A DNA stretch of 64,000 nt from Dehalococcoidia bacterium (GTDB lineage: Bacteria > Chloroflexota > Dehalococcoidia > Plut-88900). The notes under the pieces were generated by a model. It had not been told where the DNA came from. It saw only the letters and a program-made list of their open reading frames with translations, and ran no database searches. The translations under genes were made by a program, and so were the position numbers. Where the stretch lies: assembly GCA_965207225.1 (NCBI GenBank), contig CBDBLV010000002.1:352001-416000 (forward strand), given 5' to 3'. How positions within the stretch are numbered: the first letter of the stretch is position 1; each line of letters opens with the position of its first letter. Below, in pieces: positions 1-10,688 of this stretch.

Positions 1-76
1 GAGCCTCGGCAGGCAGAGTGAGGATGCCTTCAAGGGTCAAGGGGCCGGAAGGGAAGGTGACATTCTTTCTGTTCAT
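1..76 (-). CDS. 5' end of a probable alpha/beta-hydrolase family protein (runs off the window start)
   Basis: Hand translation from the ATG at 76 gives MNRKNVTFPSGPLTLEGILTLPAEA, resembling the 'V.F.SG.L.LEG.L.LP' N-terminus of alpha/beta hydrolases. GAGAGA lies upstream. Divergent from ltaE. Confidence 0.55.
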   Translation of the reverse strand, partial: MNRKNVTFPSGPLTLEGILTLPAEA

Positions 77-181
77 GTTGTCTCTCGTCGTGCGCGGGTT
101 GGAGACATGATATGAGCCGAGGTAGCAGGGCTCAACCCGCGATGCTAGAATGGGTTATCTGTTGCGGAGGTCCATCCCCTT

Positions 182-1213
182 ATGAGAATTGTCGATCTTC
201 GGAGCGACACGGTCACACAACCCACCCCCGAGATGCGAGAGGCAATAGCCAACGCCAGCCTCGGGGATGACGTATTCGGAGAGGACCCGACGGTCAACCG
301 CCTGGAGGCGATAGCTGCGGAAAAGCTGGGCAAGGAAGCGGCGGTGCTGGTGTCCAGCGGCACCCAGGGCAACCTGACGGCGATCCTTTCTCACTGCCAG
401 CGGGGAGACGAGGTCATACTGGGGAACAAGTCCCACAGTTACCTGTATGAGGCGGGAGGGGTATCGGCGTTCGGGGGGGTGCACGTCAGGACTGTACCGA
501 CAGCAGAAGATGGAAGCCTGGATGCGCTGGACATAGAGGGCTCTATCCGGCCGGAAAACCAGCACTTCCCGCACACGGCGCTGGTCTGCATGGAGAACAC
601 CCACAATTTGACCGGGGGAAGGCCGCTGGGACTTGAGAAGATTGGCCTAGTCGCCAAGGTCGCTGAGGCGCACGAACTCCCGATGCACCTGGACGGGGCC
701 CGGCTGTTCAATGCGTCGGTGGCCCTGGGCATGGAGGCAAGGAAGCTTACGGAGCCATTCGACTCAGTGACTTTCTGCCTGTCGAAGGGGCTTTCTTGCC
801 CTGTGGGGTCGGTGCTGTGCGGGTCGGAGGAGTTCATCTACAAGGCCCGACGGATTCGAAAGGCGCTGGGCGGGAGCATGAGGCAGGCGGGGATCATTGC
901 GGCGGCGGGGATAGTGGCGCTGGATACGATGATCGAGAGGATGGCGGAGGACCACGCCAATGCTCGGGCGATAGCGGAGGGGCTAGCAGAGATCCCGGGC
1001 TTGCACCTGGACCTGGAGCGGGTGCAGACCAACATGATAATGGTAGACGTAGAAAAGGAGTTCCCCAACGGTGGCGTGACCGCCGCCCTCGAGGAGAAGG
1101 GCGTACTGGCACTGGACAGAGGCGGGGGCAACCTGCGGCTGGTGACCCATTACGGTATAGACGAAGCGGACGTGAACCAGACGGTAGAGGCGTTCCGTTC
1201 GATAACGAACTGA
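182..1213 (+). CDS. ltaE: Low-specificity L-threonine aldolase (PLP-dependent)
   Basis: Motifs [53 protein letters not shown] (PLP lysine) and GGSMRQAG. Confidence 0.93.
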   Translation: MRIVDLRSDTVTQPTPEMREAIANASLGDDVFGEDPTVNRLEAIAAEKLGKEAAVLVSSGTQGNLTAILSHCQRGDEVILGNKSHSYLYEAGGVSAFGGVHVRTVPTAEDGSLDALDIEGSIRPENQHFPHTALVCMENTHNLTGGRPLGLEKIGLVAKVAEAHELPMHLDGARLFNASVALGMEARKLTEPFDSVTFCLSKGLSCPVGSVLCGSEEFIYKARRIRKALGGSMRQAGIIAAAGIVALDTMIERMAEDHANARAIAEGLAEIPGLHLDLERVQTNMIMVDVEKEFPNGGVTAALEEKGVLALDRGGGNLRLVTHYGIDEADVNQTVEAFRSITN

Positions 1214-1221
1214 GACCTGAC

Positions 1222-2178
1222 ATGGTAAAGCTTGGGATAATGCTGGAGGGCCAGGAAGACCTCACCTGGGAGAAATGGCACGACTGGGTGGACCGGTGCG
1301 AGGGGCTGGGATTTGAGTCGCTGTGGAGGTCCGACCACCTGCAGCCCCTGGTCCTCGGGGCGGACAAGGAGGCGCTGGAGGCCTGGGTCTCTTTCACGAC
1401 CTTAGCCACGCGTACCGAACGGATTAGATTCGGGGCAATGGTGACGCCGATGACATTCCGGCACCCGAGCGTCCTCGCCAAGATGGCGGCATCCATAGAC
1501 CAGTTATCGGGAGGCAGGCTAGAAATGGGGCTGGGGGCAGGGTGGTGCGTGCCAGAGCACACGGCCTTCGGGATACCCTTCTACGACTGGAAGACGCGGT
1601 ACGGGATGCTGGAAGAGGGCATAGAGGTGATAAAGGCCCTGTGGACGGAGGACAACGCCACATTCAAGGGCCAGCATTTCACGCTCGAAGGCGCTACTTC
1701 CTATCCCAAGCCGACGCAATCCCCCCACCCGCCCTTTGTGATAGGTGGGAACGGAGAGAAGCGGACGATACCGATAGCGGGGAAATACGCCCAGGAGTGG
1801 AATGGGATAAACCTCACGGTTGAGGGGTTTGTGGCGAAGCGGGAGTTGCTATACCGATCATGTCAGGAGGCAGGCCGGGACACGGGTGAGATAACAACTT
1901 CCCTGGCGGCGACGGGGATCATTGGGCGGGACGACGGAGAGTATGCGCGTCGGTTGGGTATGGTCGCTGGGATGCTTCAGTCGAGGAAGGACGTTGGCGA
2001 CGCGAGCCCCGAGGAGCTAATGGACAAGGGGTTCATAGTCGGGACTCCGGAGCGGGTGGTGGAGCAGATACAAGCCTATGGCGAGGCGGGGGCGTCTCGG
2101 GTGATGTTCCAGCTCTACGACTACGATGATACGGACTTGCTGGACGTGATAGCGGAGAAGGTGTTGCCGCGGGTCTGA
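1222..2178 (+). CDS. LLM-class (luciferase-like) F420/flavin-dependent oxidoreductase
   Basis: From the ATG at 1222: GFESLWRSDHL, FRHPSVLAKMAASIDQLSGGRLEMGLGAGW, PKPTQSPHPPFVIGGNGEKRT. Confidence 0.88.
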   Translation: MVKLGIMLEGQEDLTWEKWHDWVDRCEGLGFESLWRSDHLQPLVLGADKEALEAWVSFTTLATRTERIRFGAMVTPMTFRHPSVLAKMAASIDQLSGGRLEMGLGAGWCVPEHTAFGIPFYDWKTRYGMLEEGIEVIKALWTEDNATFKGQHFTLEGATSYPKPTQSPHPPFVIGGNGEKRTIPIAGKYAQEWNGINLTVEGFVAKRELLYRSCQEAGRDTGEITTSLAATGIIGRDDGEYARRLGMVAGMLQSRKDVGDASPEELMDKGFIVGTPERVVEQIQAYGEAGASRVMFQLYDYDDTDLLDVIAEKVLPRV

Positions 2179-2213
2179 TGAGGGACTGGGCTTGCCAGCC
2201 GGGCCTGTGTTTC

Positions 2214-3614
2214 CTACCCACCCTCTCCGCCCCTGGATTCCCGACTCCTCGGGAATGACGGATTAGGAGGGGCGGTTGGGGGGTGGTGGTCTTTCATTCT
2301 CTTCGCGATCTCTACCTCGAAGCCCTGGCCTGACGGTTCGAAATACTTGCGGCCCTTGAGCTCTTCCGGGAGATGCTCCTGTTCCACGAAATGGCCCGCA
2401 TAGTCGTGGGCGTACTTGTAGCCTTTGCCGTAACCGGAAGCTTTCATGAGGCCGGTGGTGGCGTTTCTCAGGTGGAGGGGCACGGGGAGGTGGTGGGTGC
2501 TCTCCACATCTTCTCTTGCCTTCAGGTAGGCTGCGTAGGAGGAGTTGCTCTTGGGGGCTGTGGCGAGGTAGACGGCAGCCTCTGCCATGGGGATGAAGCC
2601 CTCGGGCATGCCGACGAAGTGGACGGCCTGCTGGGCGGCGACTGCTACGACAAGGGCCTGTGGGTCGGCGAGACCCACGTCTTCGGCGGCGAGGATTACC
2701 ATGCGGCGGACGATGAAGAGGGGGTCTTCGCCTGCCTCGATCATGCGGGACATCCAGTAGAGAGCAGCGTCGGGATCCGAACCCCGGAGGGACTTGATGA
2801 AGGCGGAAATGGTGTCGTAGTGCTGGTCGCCGCTCTTATCGTATCTGGGCGAGCGGCGCTGGAGTGCATCGTCAATGGCATCCACATCGATATTGAGGTT
2901 GCCGGTGGCAGAGGCTACGGAGGCGGCTAACTCCAGGGTGTTGAGAGCTATGCGGGCGTCGTTGCCGGACAGGTCTACGAGGCGGTCGAGGGCGTCGGGT
3001 TCGAGGGTGATGTTGTCTCGGCCGAGGCCTCGCTTTTCGTCGGTCAGGGCCCGTTGGACTATGGTGCGGACCTGGGACTCGTCCAGGGGCTTCAGGGTAA
3101 ATACCCGGCACCGGGACAGGAGCGGGGCTATGACTTCGAAGGAAGGGTTTTCGGTGGTGGCGCCGATGAGGGTTACCGTTCCATCCTCTACGTGAGGAAG
3201 GACTACATCCTGCTGGGCCTTGTTGAAGCGGTGGATTTCGTCGATGAATAAGATGGTGTTGCGGCGATACATGCCGCGGAGTTCTTTGGCATCCTTGATT
3301 ACCTGTCTAAGTTCTGCCACCCCTGACCCGACCGCGCTGACCTGCCGGAAGCTGGCCTGGGTTCGGGAGGCGATGAGCCGGGCGAGGGTGGTCTTGCCGC
3401 TACCGGGCGGACCCCACAGGACAATAGAGGGAAGGCGGTCGGCCTCGATGCTGGCGCGCAGGGCCCGACCCTTGCCGATGAGGTGCTCCTGACCAACATA
3501 CTCGTCGAAGGTGACGGGCCTCATGCGGGCGGCGAGAGGGGCGTCGCGGGCGAGTTGGGCCTCGGTGGAGGCGTCGAACAAATCCTTTCTCTGACCGACC
3601 ATTACCCCGACCAC
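2214..3614 (-). CDS. rarA: Replication-associated recombination protein A (RarA/MgsA AAA+ ATPase)
   Basis: PLAARMRP, Walker A GPPGSGKTT, FIDEIHRFNKAQQD, GATTENPSF, ISAFIKSLRGSDPDAA, PVPLHLRNA, GYKYAHD. Confidence 0.95.
   Translation of the reverse strand: MVGVMVGQRKDLFDASTEAQLARDAPLAARMRPVTFDEYVGQEHLIGKGRALRASIEADRLPSIVLWGPPGSGKTTLARLIASRTQASFRQVSAVGSGVAELRQVIKDAKELRGMYRRNTILFIDEIHRFNKAQQDVVLPHVEDGTVTLIGATTENPSFEVIAPLLSRCRVFTLKPLDESQVRTIVQRALTDEKRGLGRDNITLEPDALDRLVDLSGNDARIALNTLELAASVASATGNLNIDVDAIDDALQRRSPRYDKSGDQHYDTISAFIKSLRGSDPDAALYWMSRMIEAGEDPLFIVRRMVILAAEDVGLADPQALVVAVAAQQAVHFVGMPEGFIPMAEAAVYLATAPKSNSSYAAYLKAREDVESTHHLPVPLHLRNATTGLMKASGYGKGYKYAHDYAGHFVEQEHLPEELKGRKYFEPSGQGFEVEIAKRMKDHHPPTAPPNPSFPRSRESRGGEGG
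2234..2261. repeat. dRS3/RPE-like palindromic element inside the rarA 3' end
   Basis: ATTCCC-gactcctc-GGGAAT (2237-2256). The minus strand reads CCGTC ATTCCC N8 GGGAAT CCA and is translated as SFPRSRESR. Confidence 0.7.
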
Positions 3615-3621
3615 CTCGCAT

Positions 3622-4011
3622 TCAATGCGCCAAGGTTACCAAAGTGACCCCCCATCCACCCTCTTCCAACTGGGCGCCACGGAAGGAGTCTACGTGGGGA
3701 TGATTCTCGACCCACTCCAGGACGGCGGTGCGGACTTTGCCCTGGCCCTTTCCATGCACGATACGGACGTGATGCAACCCCGAGACAAAAGCCGTGTCGA
3801 GGTACTTGTCCAGCTTGATAAGGGCCTCCTCCACCCGCATGTGTCGAAGGTGGACCTCCAGGGGAGGCGGATCCAGGGTCCCGACCAGGAAGGCCGAACC
3901 GCCACAGGTCTGGCACTGACTTTGTCTTTGGCCCCAGCCCACGGCCTCTACCCTGGACGCCTTGCAGGTAAGGCAGCGGTAGGTCTCGGTCAATTTCAGG
4001 GTGGGGCTCAT
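3622..4011 (-). CDS. Stand-alone Smr-domain protein with N-terminal Zn-ribbon
   Basis: CLTC...CQTC followed by the Smr signature (LRHMRVEEAL..LDKYLD, VRIVHGKGQG, GGWGVT). Confidence 0.85.
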   Translation of the reverse strand: MSPTLKLTETYRCLTCKASRVEAVGWGQRQSQCQTCGGSAFLVGTLDPPPLEVHLRHMRVEEALIKLDKYLDTAFVSGLHHVRIVHGKGQGKVRTAVLEWVENHPHVDSFRGAQLEEGGWGVTLVTLAH

Positions 4012-4014
4012 GGG

Positions 4015-5403
4015 CTAGTCTGGGGAGCTTGAGAGGGCCCGGGTCACGGAATCCAGCAAGGCGGGTTCCTGGTCTGGGAGGACGGTGCGGGGATCGAGGA
4101 GGAGGGCATCGTCTTCGATGCGGCCGATGACGGGTGTTGGGGAGGTGCGGAGGGCCTGGGCGAGGGAGTCTACAGGGCTATCATCAGAGGCGAGTAGCTG
4201 CAAGGCCCAGGAGGGAAGGGTGTCGCCAGGGAGGCTGCCTCCGCCTATAGTGGAACGGGTCTCGACTACGTTGGACCCTCGACCAACCTGCCCTTGCCAG
4301 GATTGCGCTCGACTCTTGATGGTCGTAGAGGGTATGGAAATCATCTGCCAAACCGGGACTTTGTCCAAGTGCTCTTCCTTGAGGTAGTGGAGAAGAGTGG
4401 CGGTAAGGGCGGCCATGGTCATCTTGTCGATGCGGGCGGCGCGGGCGAGGGGGTGACGGGAGAGTTGAGAGACAAGGTCGTTTCGACCGGCAATTATTCC
4501 TGCCTGGGGGCCACCGAGAAGTTTGTCGCCGGAGAAGGCGACGAGGTCTGCGCCTGCTGAGATGCTGTCCTGGGGTGTCGGCTCTTCGGAGAGGCCGAAT
4601 TGCCGGGTGTCGACCAAGCAGCCGCTGCCGACATCGTGGACTAGAGGGATGCCGGATTCCCGGGCGAGGGCGGAGAGGTCACGGGTGTCGGGGGCTTCAG
4701 TGAAGCCGATGACCTTGAAGTTGCTGGTGTGGACCTTGAGGAGGAGGGCGGTGTTTTCGGTGATGGCCTTCCGGTAGTCTGATAGGTAGGTGCGGTTGGT
4801 GGTGCCGATCTCGACGAGTCGGGCGCCGCTGGCTTTCATGATGTCAGGGACGCGGACGCCGCCGCCGATCTCGACGGCTTCGCCGCGGCTGACGATAACG
4901 TCTTTGCCAAGGGCGAGGACGCTGAGTACCAGATGGAGGGCGGCGGCGTTGTTGTTGACGGCGAGGGCAGATTCGGCGCCGGTGAGTCGGGTGACGAGGG
5001 ACTTGAGGGTAGCGTCCCGGCCCCCGCGCTGGCCCTTTTGGAGGTCGACTTCGAGGTCGGAATAGCCGGCGGCTGCCTGCATTGCGGCTCGGGCAGCCTC
5101 TTCGCTCAGGGGCGCCCGACCAAGGTTGGTATGGATGATCACGCCCGTGGCGTTAATCACCTGCCGGGGGGAGGGCTGCCAGAGGGCCTTGGCCCTGCCC
5201 TCAATCTCGGCAACGAGGGCCTGGAGGGAGGGTACGGGTCGGCCAGAGGAGATGCCTTCCCTTGCGGCTTGCAATGAGTCTCGGGCGAGGGTGACGAGGG
5301 CGCCGTGGGAGTAGGTTTGGGCAAGGGCCCGGGACTCCCTAGCGGCGAGGATTTTGTCGACGCTCGGGAGGGCCCGAAACTTGTTGTTGTCCGTGGCTAC
5401 CAT
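4015..5403 (-). CDS. selA: L-seryl-tRNA(Sec) selenium transferase
   Basis: LPSVD, VINATGVIIHTNLGRAPL, VNNNAAA, SRGEAVEIGG, EIGTTNRT, KVHTSNF, FSGDKLLGGPQAG. ATG at 5403 with GGAG upstream. Confidence 0.95.
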   Translation of the reverse strand: MVATDNNKFRALPSVDKILAARESRALAQTYSHGALVTLARDSLQAAREGISSGRPVPSLQALVAEIEGRAKALWQPSPRQVINATGVIIHTNLGRAPLSEEAARAAMQAAAGYSDLEVDLQKGQRGGRDATLKSLVTRLTGAESALAVNNNAAALHLVLSVLALGKDVIVSRGEAVEIGGGVRVPDIMKASGARLVEIGTTNRTYLSDYRKAITENTALLLKVHTSNFKVIGFTEAPDTRDLSALARESGIPLVHDVGSGCLVDTRQFGLSEEPTPQDSISAGADLVAFSGDKLLGGPQAGIIAGRNDLVSQLSRHPLARAARIDKMTMAALTATLLHYLKEEHLDKVPVWQMISIPSTTIKSRAQSWQGQVGRGSNVVETRSTIGGGSLPGDTLPSWALQLLASDDSPVDSLAQALRTSPTPVIGRIEDDALLLDPRTVLPDQEPALLDSVTRALSSSPD

Positions 5404-5445
5404 AGTGACTCCGTGGGGCGATTTTAGCACGGGGGGATTGAAGAA

Positions 5446-8189
5446 TTAGTTTCTACGGTCTGTAACCGAAGGTTCTCGTGCCAACTCACGGCGGATGGTT
5501 GCAATCCAGTCCGGGTCCAAACCTAAGGCCTGGACAACGGCGTCGTCGATTTGGTGCCGCACGGGGTCTTCGTGAATGTTGGGGAAGGGTTGGAGGGGTT
5601 GGCCTTGCAGCCAGTCAAACCATCCGTTCATCAGGTTCAGTTCGGCTTCTCCCAAGGCGGTGAAGTCGGGGATAGGGAGGGAGCGGAGGGTATCGAGGGA
5701 GAAGGAGGGGTATGAAGGCTTACGGTTATCCCGACCACCCAGCATAGTTAACAATCCTGGAGTGGAGTTTAGATATATGCAAATGGCCTTAGCCAATGCC
5801 GGATCATGTGGACGGCAAGGCGTCCAAATTGAACCAACTGCACGTTCCGCTAACATTACAGCTGCTACCCGTGCCAAAGGTAACCAGAGCCGATGTGGTA
5901 GAAGAAGATTACTGCGCTGCTCCCAATACTTGTCGGCGAGTTTTATCTTGGACGGTTTGGGCTCTATGTATAGGTCGGTCCCAGCCCGCATGGATTGAGT
6001 GATTTCCGTCTTGTGATGCCAGAGGGCGCGGCGAGCGGATGCTGTGGGCATTTCTGATTTGGTATAGGCGTCGCGGATGCGTTGACCTGCCGGGCCAACC
6101 TTGGCCAAGGACTCTAGGGTTGTACTTGACACCGAGAACGGGCTCTCCTCGGTAAGAGTCCTATAGGAGTCTACAAGGAAAGGAGAGAGGAAATTGACAG
6201 CGAACCAGTCACCGCGCTCAATTCGGTCAGCGTTAACGCGCTGAATTGTGAAGTCATGAGATGCCTTAGCATCGCTCTTGGTCACCTGGTCAATTCTGGC
6301 GGCGGTATCCAAGGCGTCGACGGGGGAAGCCGGATTACGGGCGAGGTTGATGACGCGGGTCGGGGGTTTGGGCTTCTTTTTATCCCACCTGCGACACACC
6401 AAAAGCACCTCTCCGATGCTGGTGTTCTCCGAGAAATAAATGCGTTCAGGATCATGGGAACTTACAATAACGTCTACATGGAACCGCTTTGCGAGATATC
6501 GGCGTAACGCCGAGTTTCCCGGCGCGGTGGGGACCACCGATGGCATGATTAAGGCAAGAGTGCCCGAGCCTGATTTGAGCAGTTTGTTTGCCAAGACCGT
6601 AAACGGGCCACCAGATGAGTGCAGACGTGCGGCTGCGCGTTCAGGGCCTGCCGCTTCCCTAAGAAACCAAGGAATTTCAAGGTTGTCTCCCAAGATTTCC
6701 TTTTCACGGTCTTTGATGGTCATCTCTTCATCGGGACTAAACTGGTCATGCCGAAGGCTATCGCGAGTAAATGGAGGATTCATTATTACAAGATCCATGG
6801 GAGGGGGCAGATCAGATACTTCCTGCTCTGCATCCACCTGTTGAGTGGCAGTATTCCGGTCCCAAAGCGGTATTGGACCCTCCAGAAGTTCAAGGGAACC
6901 AAGGAAGGGATGTCCATCGAATACCCCTAGCTTAGCGCGATGAATATTCATGCGAGAGAACGAAGTCTTGGGTGACAGCATACCCAGCGTCGTGGCGGCC
7001 ATGTGTGTAGCAGTTACATTGACGTCGTAACCCCAGAGAACGTCTTCTACAAGGCTCAGGCCCAGAGCCTCTTCGTCTTCCGGGTCACCGCGTCCAGCGG
7101 CGTTGCGAAGATCACGTATGCGTTCAGCGGCAGCCATCAGCAAGGTGCCAGTTCCGCAGGCGGGGTCGCAGATACGAAGATTAGCCACAGCATTGGGATC
7201 TGACCAGTCTAAGTCATTTTCTCTCAATGCTAGAGAAGCCAGAAGCACTGCGGCAGCGGTGGAAGTATAGAAGGAGCCATCGTATCGCGCTGTATCTAGG
7301 ACACGGTGAAAAATACGGCCAAGCAAGTCATGTCTTAGGCCTGTTACAAGTTCAGATACTTGGGTAACAACGATCGCCAGTTGCGCAAACTTTGGGCAGT
7401 ATCCAAATCAATGGACAATGCGTCCAGGGCTGCTCGTCCAGTCTCGAATACCGGGCGATAGTCGACGGCCAAGATTGCCAGCCATGCTTCTCGGAAGGCA
7501 CTGATTGGGGCTGGCTGCAAGGCACACTCACTAACGGTGGCCGGAGGCCAAGGGCCTTGGTAGCTGGGAGGGGGATCCACAGGGAGATGCTCTTGAACAC
7601 GTTGGTGGAACAACATCGCCGTTGCTACAACCAACATTCCGCGCTTGGCCGCCACAAGATATCGATCTTTCTGTTCTCCCCTGCCCGACTTAGTGGGTGG
7701 GAGATCGAGAGCACGAGCGACACCGCGCCTCACCATTATCTTCAGTCTTTGAACCATTGCGTCCAAGCTATCAGATAGGGTTCGGGCCGCCAAGTCTGCT
7801 CCACTCAGGGAGTTGGGCGCCTGCTGGACAGCTCGTGCGAGTTGCTCTATTCCACCTTCTGCCCAGCCACGGACCGGTTCTCCCGGCTTCAAGCGCAGCG
7901 TCCATGTAAGGGTTGCATCGGGTAGATTAGATTGTGTGACATCTTCCGGATAACAGACGGCAAAGACTACGGTGGTCAAACCTTGCCGGAGACGGGCGTC
8001 AGCGTCCTTAATGGCCTGAGCTTTGCGATGAAATCCAGTCTCAGCTTCCAAAACGACGCGGAGGCCATCGACATCTGAGACCACATCCATCTTCTTTCGC
8101 GCAGTCCTTCGCTCAAAGTCAGCAGGAACTCCGCGTTCGGTCAGAAGTCGGGCTAAAGCCTCGTTAGTAAACTCTTCGTCTTTTTTCAC
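5446..8189 (-). pseudogene. Type IIG-like fused restriction-modification gene split by a 1-nt frameshift near 7380
   Basis: ORF 7344-8189 has a nuclease-like MDV...VLEAETG segment. ORF 5446-7326 has GSFYT, motif I CDPACGTGTLL and motif IV MNPPF. Adding one C to CGCAACTGGCG joins them as ...SLRNLAIVVTQVSELVTGLRHDLLGRIFHR. Confidence 0.8.
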
Positions 8190-8344
8190 TGGTACAACCT
8201 TGCTAAATCCAAGGTCTCAGTATAGCTTTCGCATCGGGGTAATCTCAATCCTCAATCGTCTCGCTTAATAAATGGGTTTGAAGGCTGGTACAATCGGCGG
8301 AACGGGGGGCGCAGGACGCACTGTTGTGGAAAGGAGCGAGTCAA

Positions 8345-9481
8345 ATGGCAGACTACATGGTTATTTCCGCGGATTCTCATGCGAATGAACCTGTCGAGCT
8401 GTATGAGCGTCTGCCGGAGGAGTACCGGGCCCGAGCCCCTCGGGAGGTGATGGAGGACGGCCACCGATACCTGAGGATCGAGGGGGCGGGCGACTTGCCA
8501 TTGGATGCGCCCAATCCGCTGACTGAAGAAGACATGCGCCGGTTCTTCCGGGACGCGGAAGAGGGGCAGGAGCTTATCGCCAGCAACCCTAACGACCTGG
8601 CCGGGGGGATAGACATTCCGGTCAGATTGTCGGACCTGGAGGAGGATGGGGTGTCGGGGGAGGTGATCTACCCGCAAGGGATCTTCAAGGCGTTTGCGTC
8701 ACCGGACCCGAGGTTTCAGAGGGCCATGACCAGCCTGTACAACGACTGGTACCACGAGATATTCGGTGAGCATTCGGACAAGTTTGTGACGTCGGCGCTG
8801 CTGCCGATGGTTGATATCGGGATGGCGATAGAGGAGGCGAAGCGGGTGGCGGGGCTGGGGGGACGTTCATTCTCGGTGCCCATCAGCATGCCGTTGCTGC
8901 CATACAACTTCCCGGACTACGACCCGTTCTGGGACCTGGCCGAGGAGACCGGCGTGCCCGTGGCCTTTCACGTATTCACCAAGGGCCCGAGCGACCAGCC
9001 CCGCACCGGCAGAATAGCCGGCGGTCCAGGGGAAGACCTGTTCACCGAGATCATAGACATGGCCCACGCCATGAACCCTCTGACGCTTCTGGTGGCATCG
9101 GGGGCGCTGGAGAAGCATCCGGAGATGAAGTTCGTACTGGTGGAGGGAGGGGTGGGGTGGCTGGCCTGGGTGCTGCAGACACTGGACGAGATGCAGATAA
9201 AGCGGCACATGTGGGCCCAGCCCAAGCTGAACATGAAGCCCAGCGAGTATTTCCATCGGCAGGGCTTCGCTACCTTTGGGGACGACCAGGTTGGGCTGAT
9301 GACCAGGTACGTGATCGGGGTGGAGAACCTGATGTGGGGCAGCGACTACCCCCACGACGAAGGCACTTTCCCCCACTCCCGAGAAGTGATCGAGCGCACA
9401 TTCAAGGACGTGCCGGAGGACGAGAAGCGGAAGATAGTGGGTGAAAATGCGGCGAGGCTTTACGGGTTCTCGGTGAACTAG
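8345..9481 (+). CDS. Amidohydrolase family protein (Amidohydro_2 type)
   Basis: ISADSH metal motif, DGVSGEVIYP, PVAFH, VEGGVGW, WGSDYPHDEGTFPHS. GGAG upstream of the ATG. Confidence 0.88.
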   Translation: MADYMVISADSHANEPVELYERLPEEYRARAPREVMEDGHRYLRIEGAGDLPLDAPNPLTEEDMRRFFRDAEEGQELIASNPNDLAGGIDIPVRLSDLEEDGVSGEVIYPQGIFKAFASPDPRFQRAMTSLYNDWYHEIFGEHSDKFVTSALLPMVDIGMAIEEAKRVAGLGGRSFSVPISMPLLPYNFPDYDPFWDLAEETGVPVAFHVFTKGPSDQPRTGRIAGGPGEDLFTEIIDMAHAMNPLTLLVASGALEKHPEMKFVLVEGGVGWLAWVLQTLDEMQIKRHMWAQPKLNMKPSEYFHRQGFATFGDDQVGLMTRYVIGVENLMWGSDYPHDEGTFPHSREVIERTFKDVPEDEKRKIVGENAARLYGFSVN

Positions 9482-9504
9482 GGGCCCGGACGTCAGGAGG
9501 AGAT

Positions 9505-10638
9505 ATGTCGGACTACAAGGTCATATCAGCGGACTCACACAGCAACGAACCGGCGGAGATATATGAGAGATTGCCGGTCGAGTATCGGGCTCGAGCACCT
9601 CACGAGGAGACCATAAACGGTGAGAGGTTCCTGGTCTACGAAGGCCAGGCCCCGATGCCCGTGCAAGCTCCCAACCCGCTGAACGAAGACGACATGAACC
9701 GGTACTGGCGGGACGGAGAAGACCTCGGGAGGCAGCAGCACCGGGAGGGCGGAATGGACATCCAGGTGCGATTGGACGACCTGGAGAAGGATGGAGTCAG
9801 CGCCGAGGTGATCTATCCCCAGGCAGTTTTCAAGATGTTCTCCTCCCCTGACGCGGGATACCAGAAGGCCCTGGCGGAGCTGTACAACGACTATCATCAC
9901 GAGGTGTTCGGCGATCACTACGACACCTTCGCCGTGACCGCCGAGATTCCCATGCTGAACATCGAGGATGCGATTGGGGAGTCGAAGCGGGTGGCGAAGA
10001 TGGGATACAAGAGCCTGTCGCTGCCGTGCGAGATGCCGACCAAGCCCTACAATCACCCGGACTACGAGCCCTTCTGGGATACGGCGGAGGAGCTGGGTAT
10101 GCCCCTGGCCTTCCACGTGTTCACCTCGGGGCCGGACCCGGCGGCTGAGGCAGCGCGAGACCAGTACGAGCGGGCCACGGGGGTGGGGGAGGACCATCTC
10201 GGGAGCATAACGGGAATGGCGGCGGCCATGGGCCCGACCATCATGCTGATCGCGTCTAACGTGCTGGGTCGGCACCCGAAGATGAATTTCGTCCTGGTAG
10301 AGTCGGGGGTGGGGTGGCTGGCGTGGGTGCTCCAGTGCCTGGACGAGCTACACGAAAAAAGGCACATGTGGGCTGTGCCTCACCTTGAGCTCCCGCCCAG
10401 CGAGTACTTCAAACGGCAAGGGTACGCGACGTTCGGGGATGATCTGGCAGGGTTGTTGACACGACAGATTACGGGGTCGGACTGCCTGATGTGGGGCAGC
10501 GATTACCCCCACGACGAAGGGACGTTCCCCCACTCCCGAGAGGTGATAGAGCGGATATTCAAGGATATACCGGAAGAAGAGAAGATGAAGATAGTGGGCG
10601 GTAACGCAGCGAAGTTGTACGGGTTCTCGCTATCCTGA
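9505..10638 (+). CDS. Amidohydrolase family protein (paralog of the preceding gene)
   Basis: ISADSH, DGVSAEVIYP, PLAFH, VESGVGW, WGSDYPHDEGTFPHS. AGGAGG RBS. Confidence 0.88.
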   Translation: MSDYKVISADSHSNEPAEIYERLPVEYRARAPHEETINGERFLVYEGQAPMPVQAPNPLNEDDMNRYWRDGEDLGRQQHREGGMDIQVRLDDLEKDGVSAEVIYPQAVFKMFSSPDAGYQKALAELYNDYHHEVFGDHYDTFAVTAEIPMLNIEDAIGESKRVAKMGYKSLSLPCEMPTKPYNHPDYEPFWDTAEELGMPLAFHVFTSGPDPAAEAARDQYERATGVGEDHLGSITGMAAAMGPTIMLIASNVLGRHPKMNFVLVESGVGWLAWVLQCLDELHEKRHMWAVPHLELPPSEYFKRQGYATFGDDLAGLLTRQITGSDCLMWGSDYPHDEGTFPHSREVIERIFKDIPEEEKMKIVGGNAAKLYGFSLS

Positions 10639-10688
10639 CCAATCATTGAAAAGGGCCACGAAACCAAGAGATAGAGAGGCATTCGAGT

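Noticed and set aside
796-1221. N-terminal extension of the LLM ORF
   Set aside because: It overlaps ltaE in another frame; the family-like sequence starts at the ATG at 1222.
7370-7390. Programmed frameshift or phase variation in the type IIG gene
   Set aside because: No slippery heptamer or simple-sequence tract at the junction; a point deletion or sequencing error is simpler.
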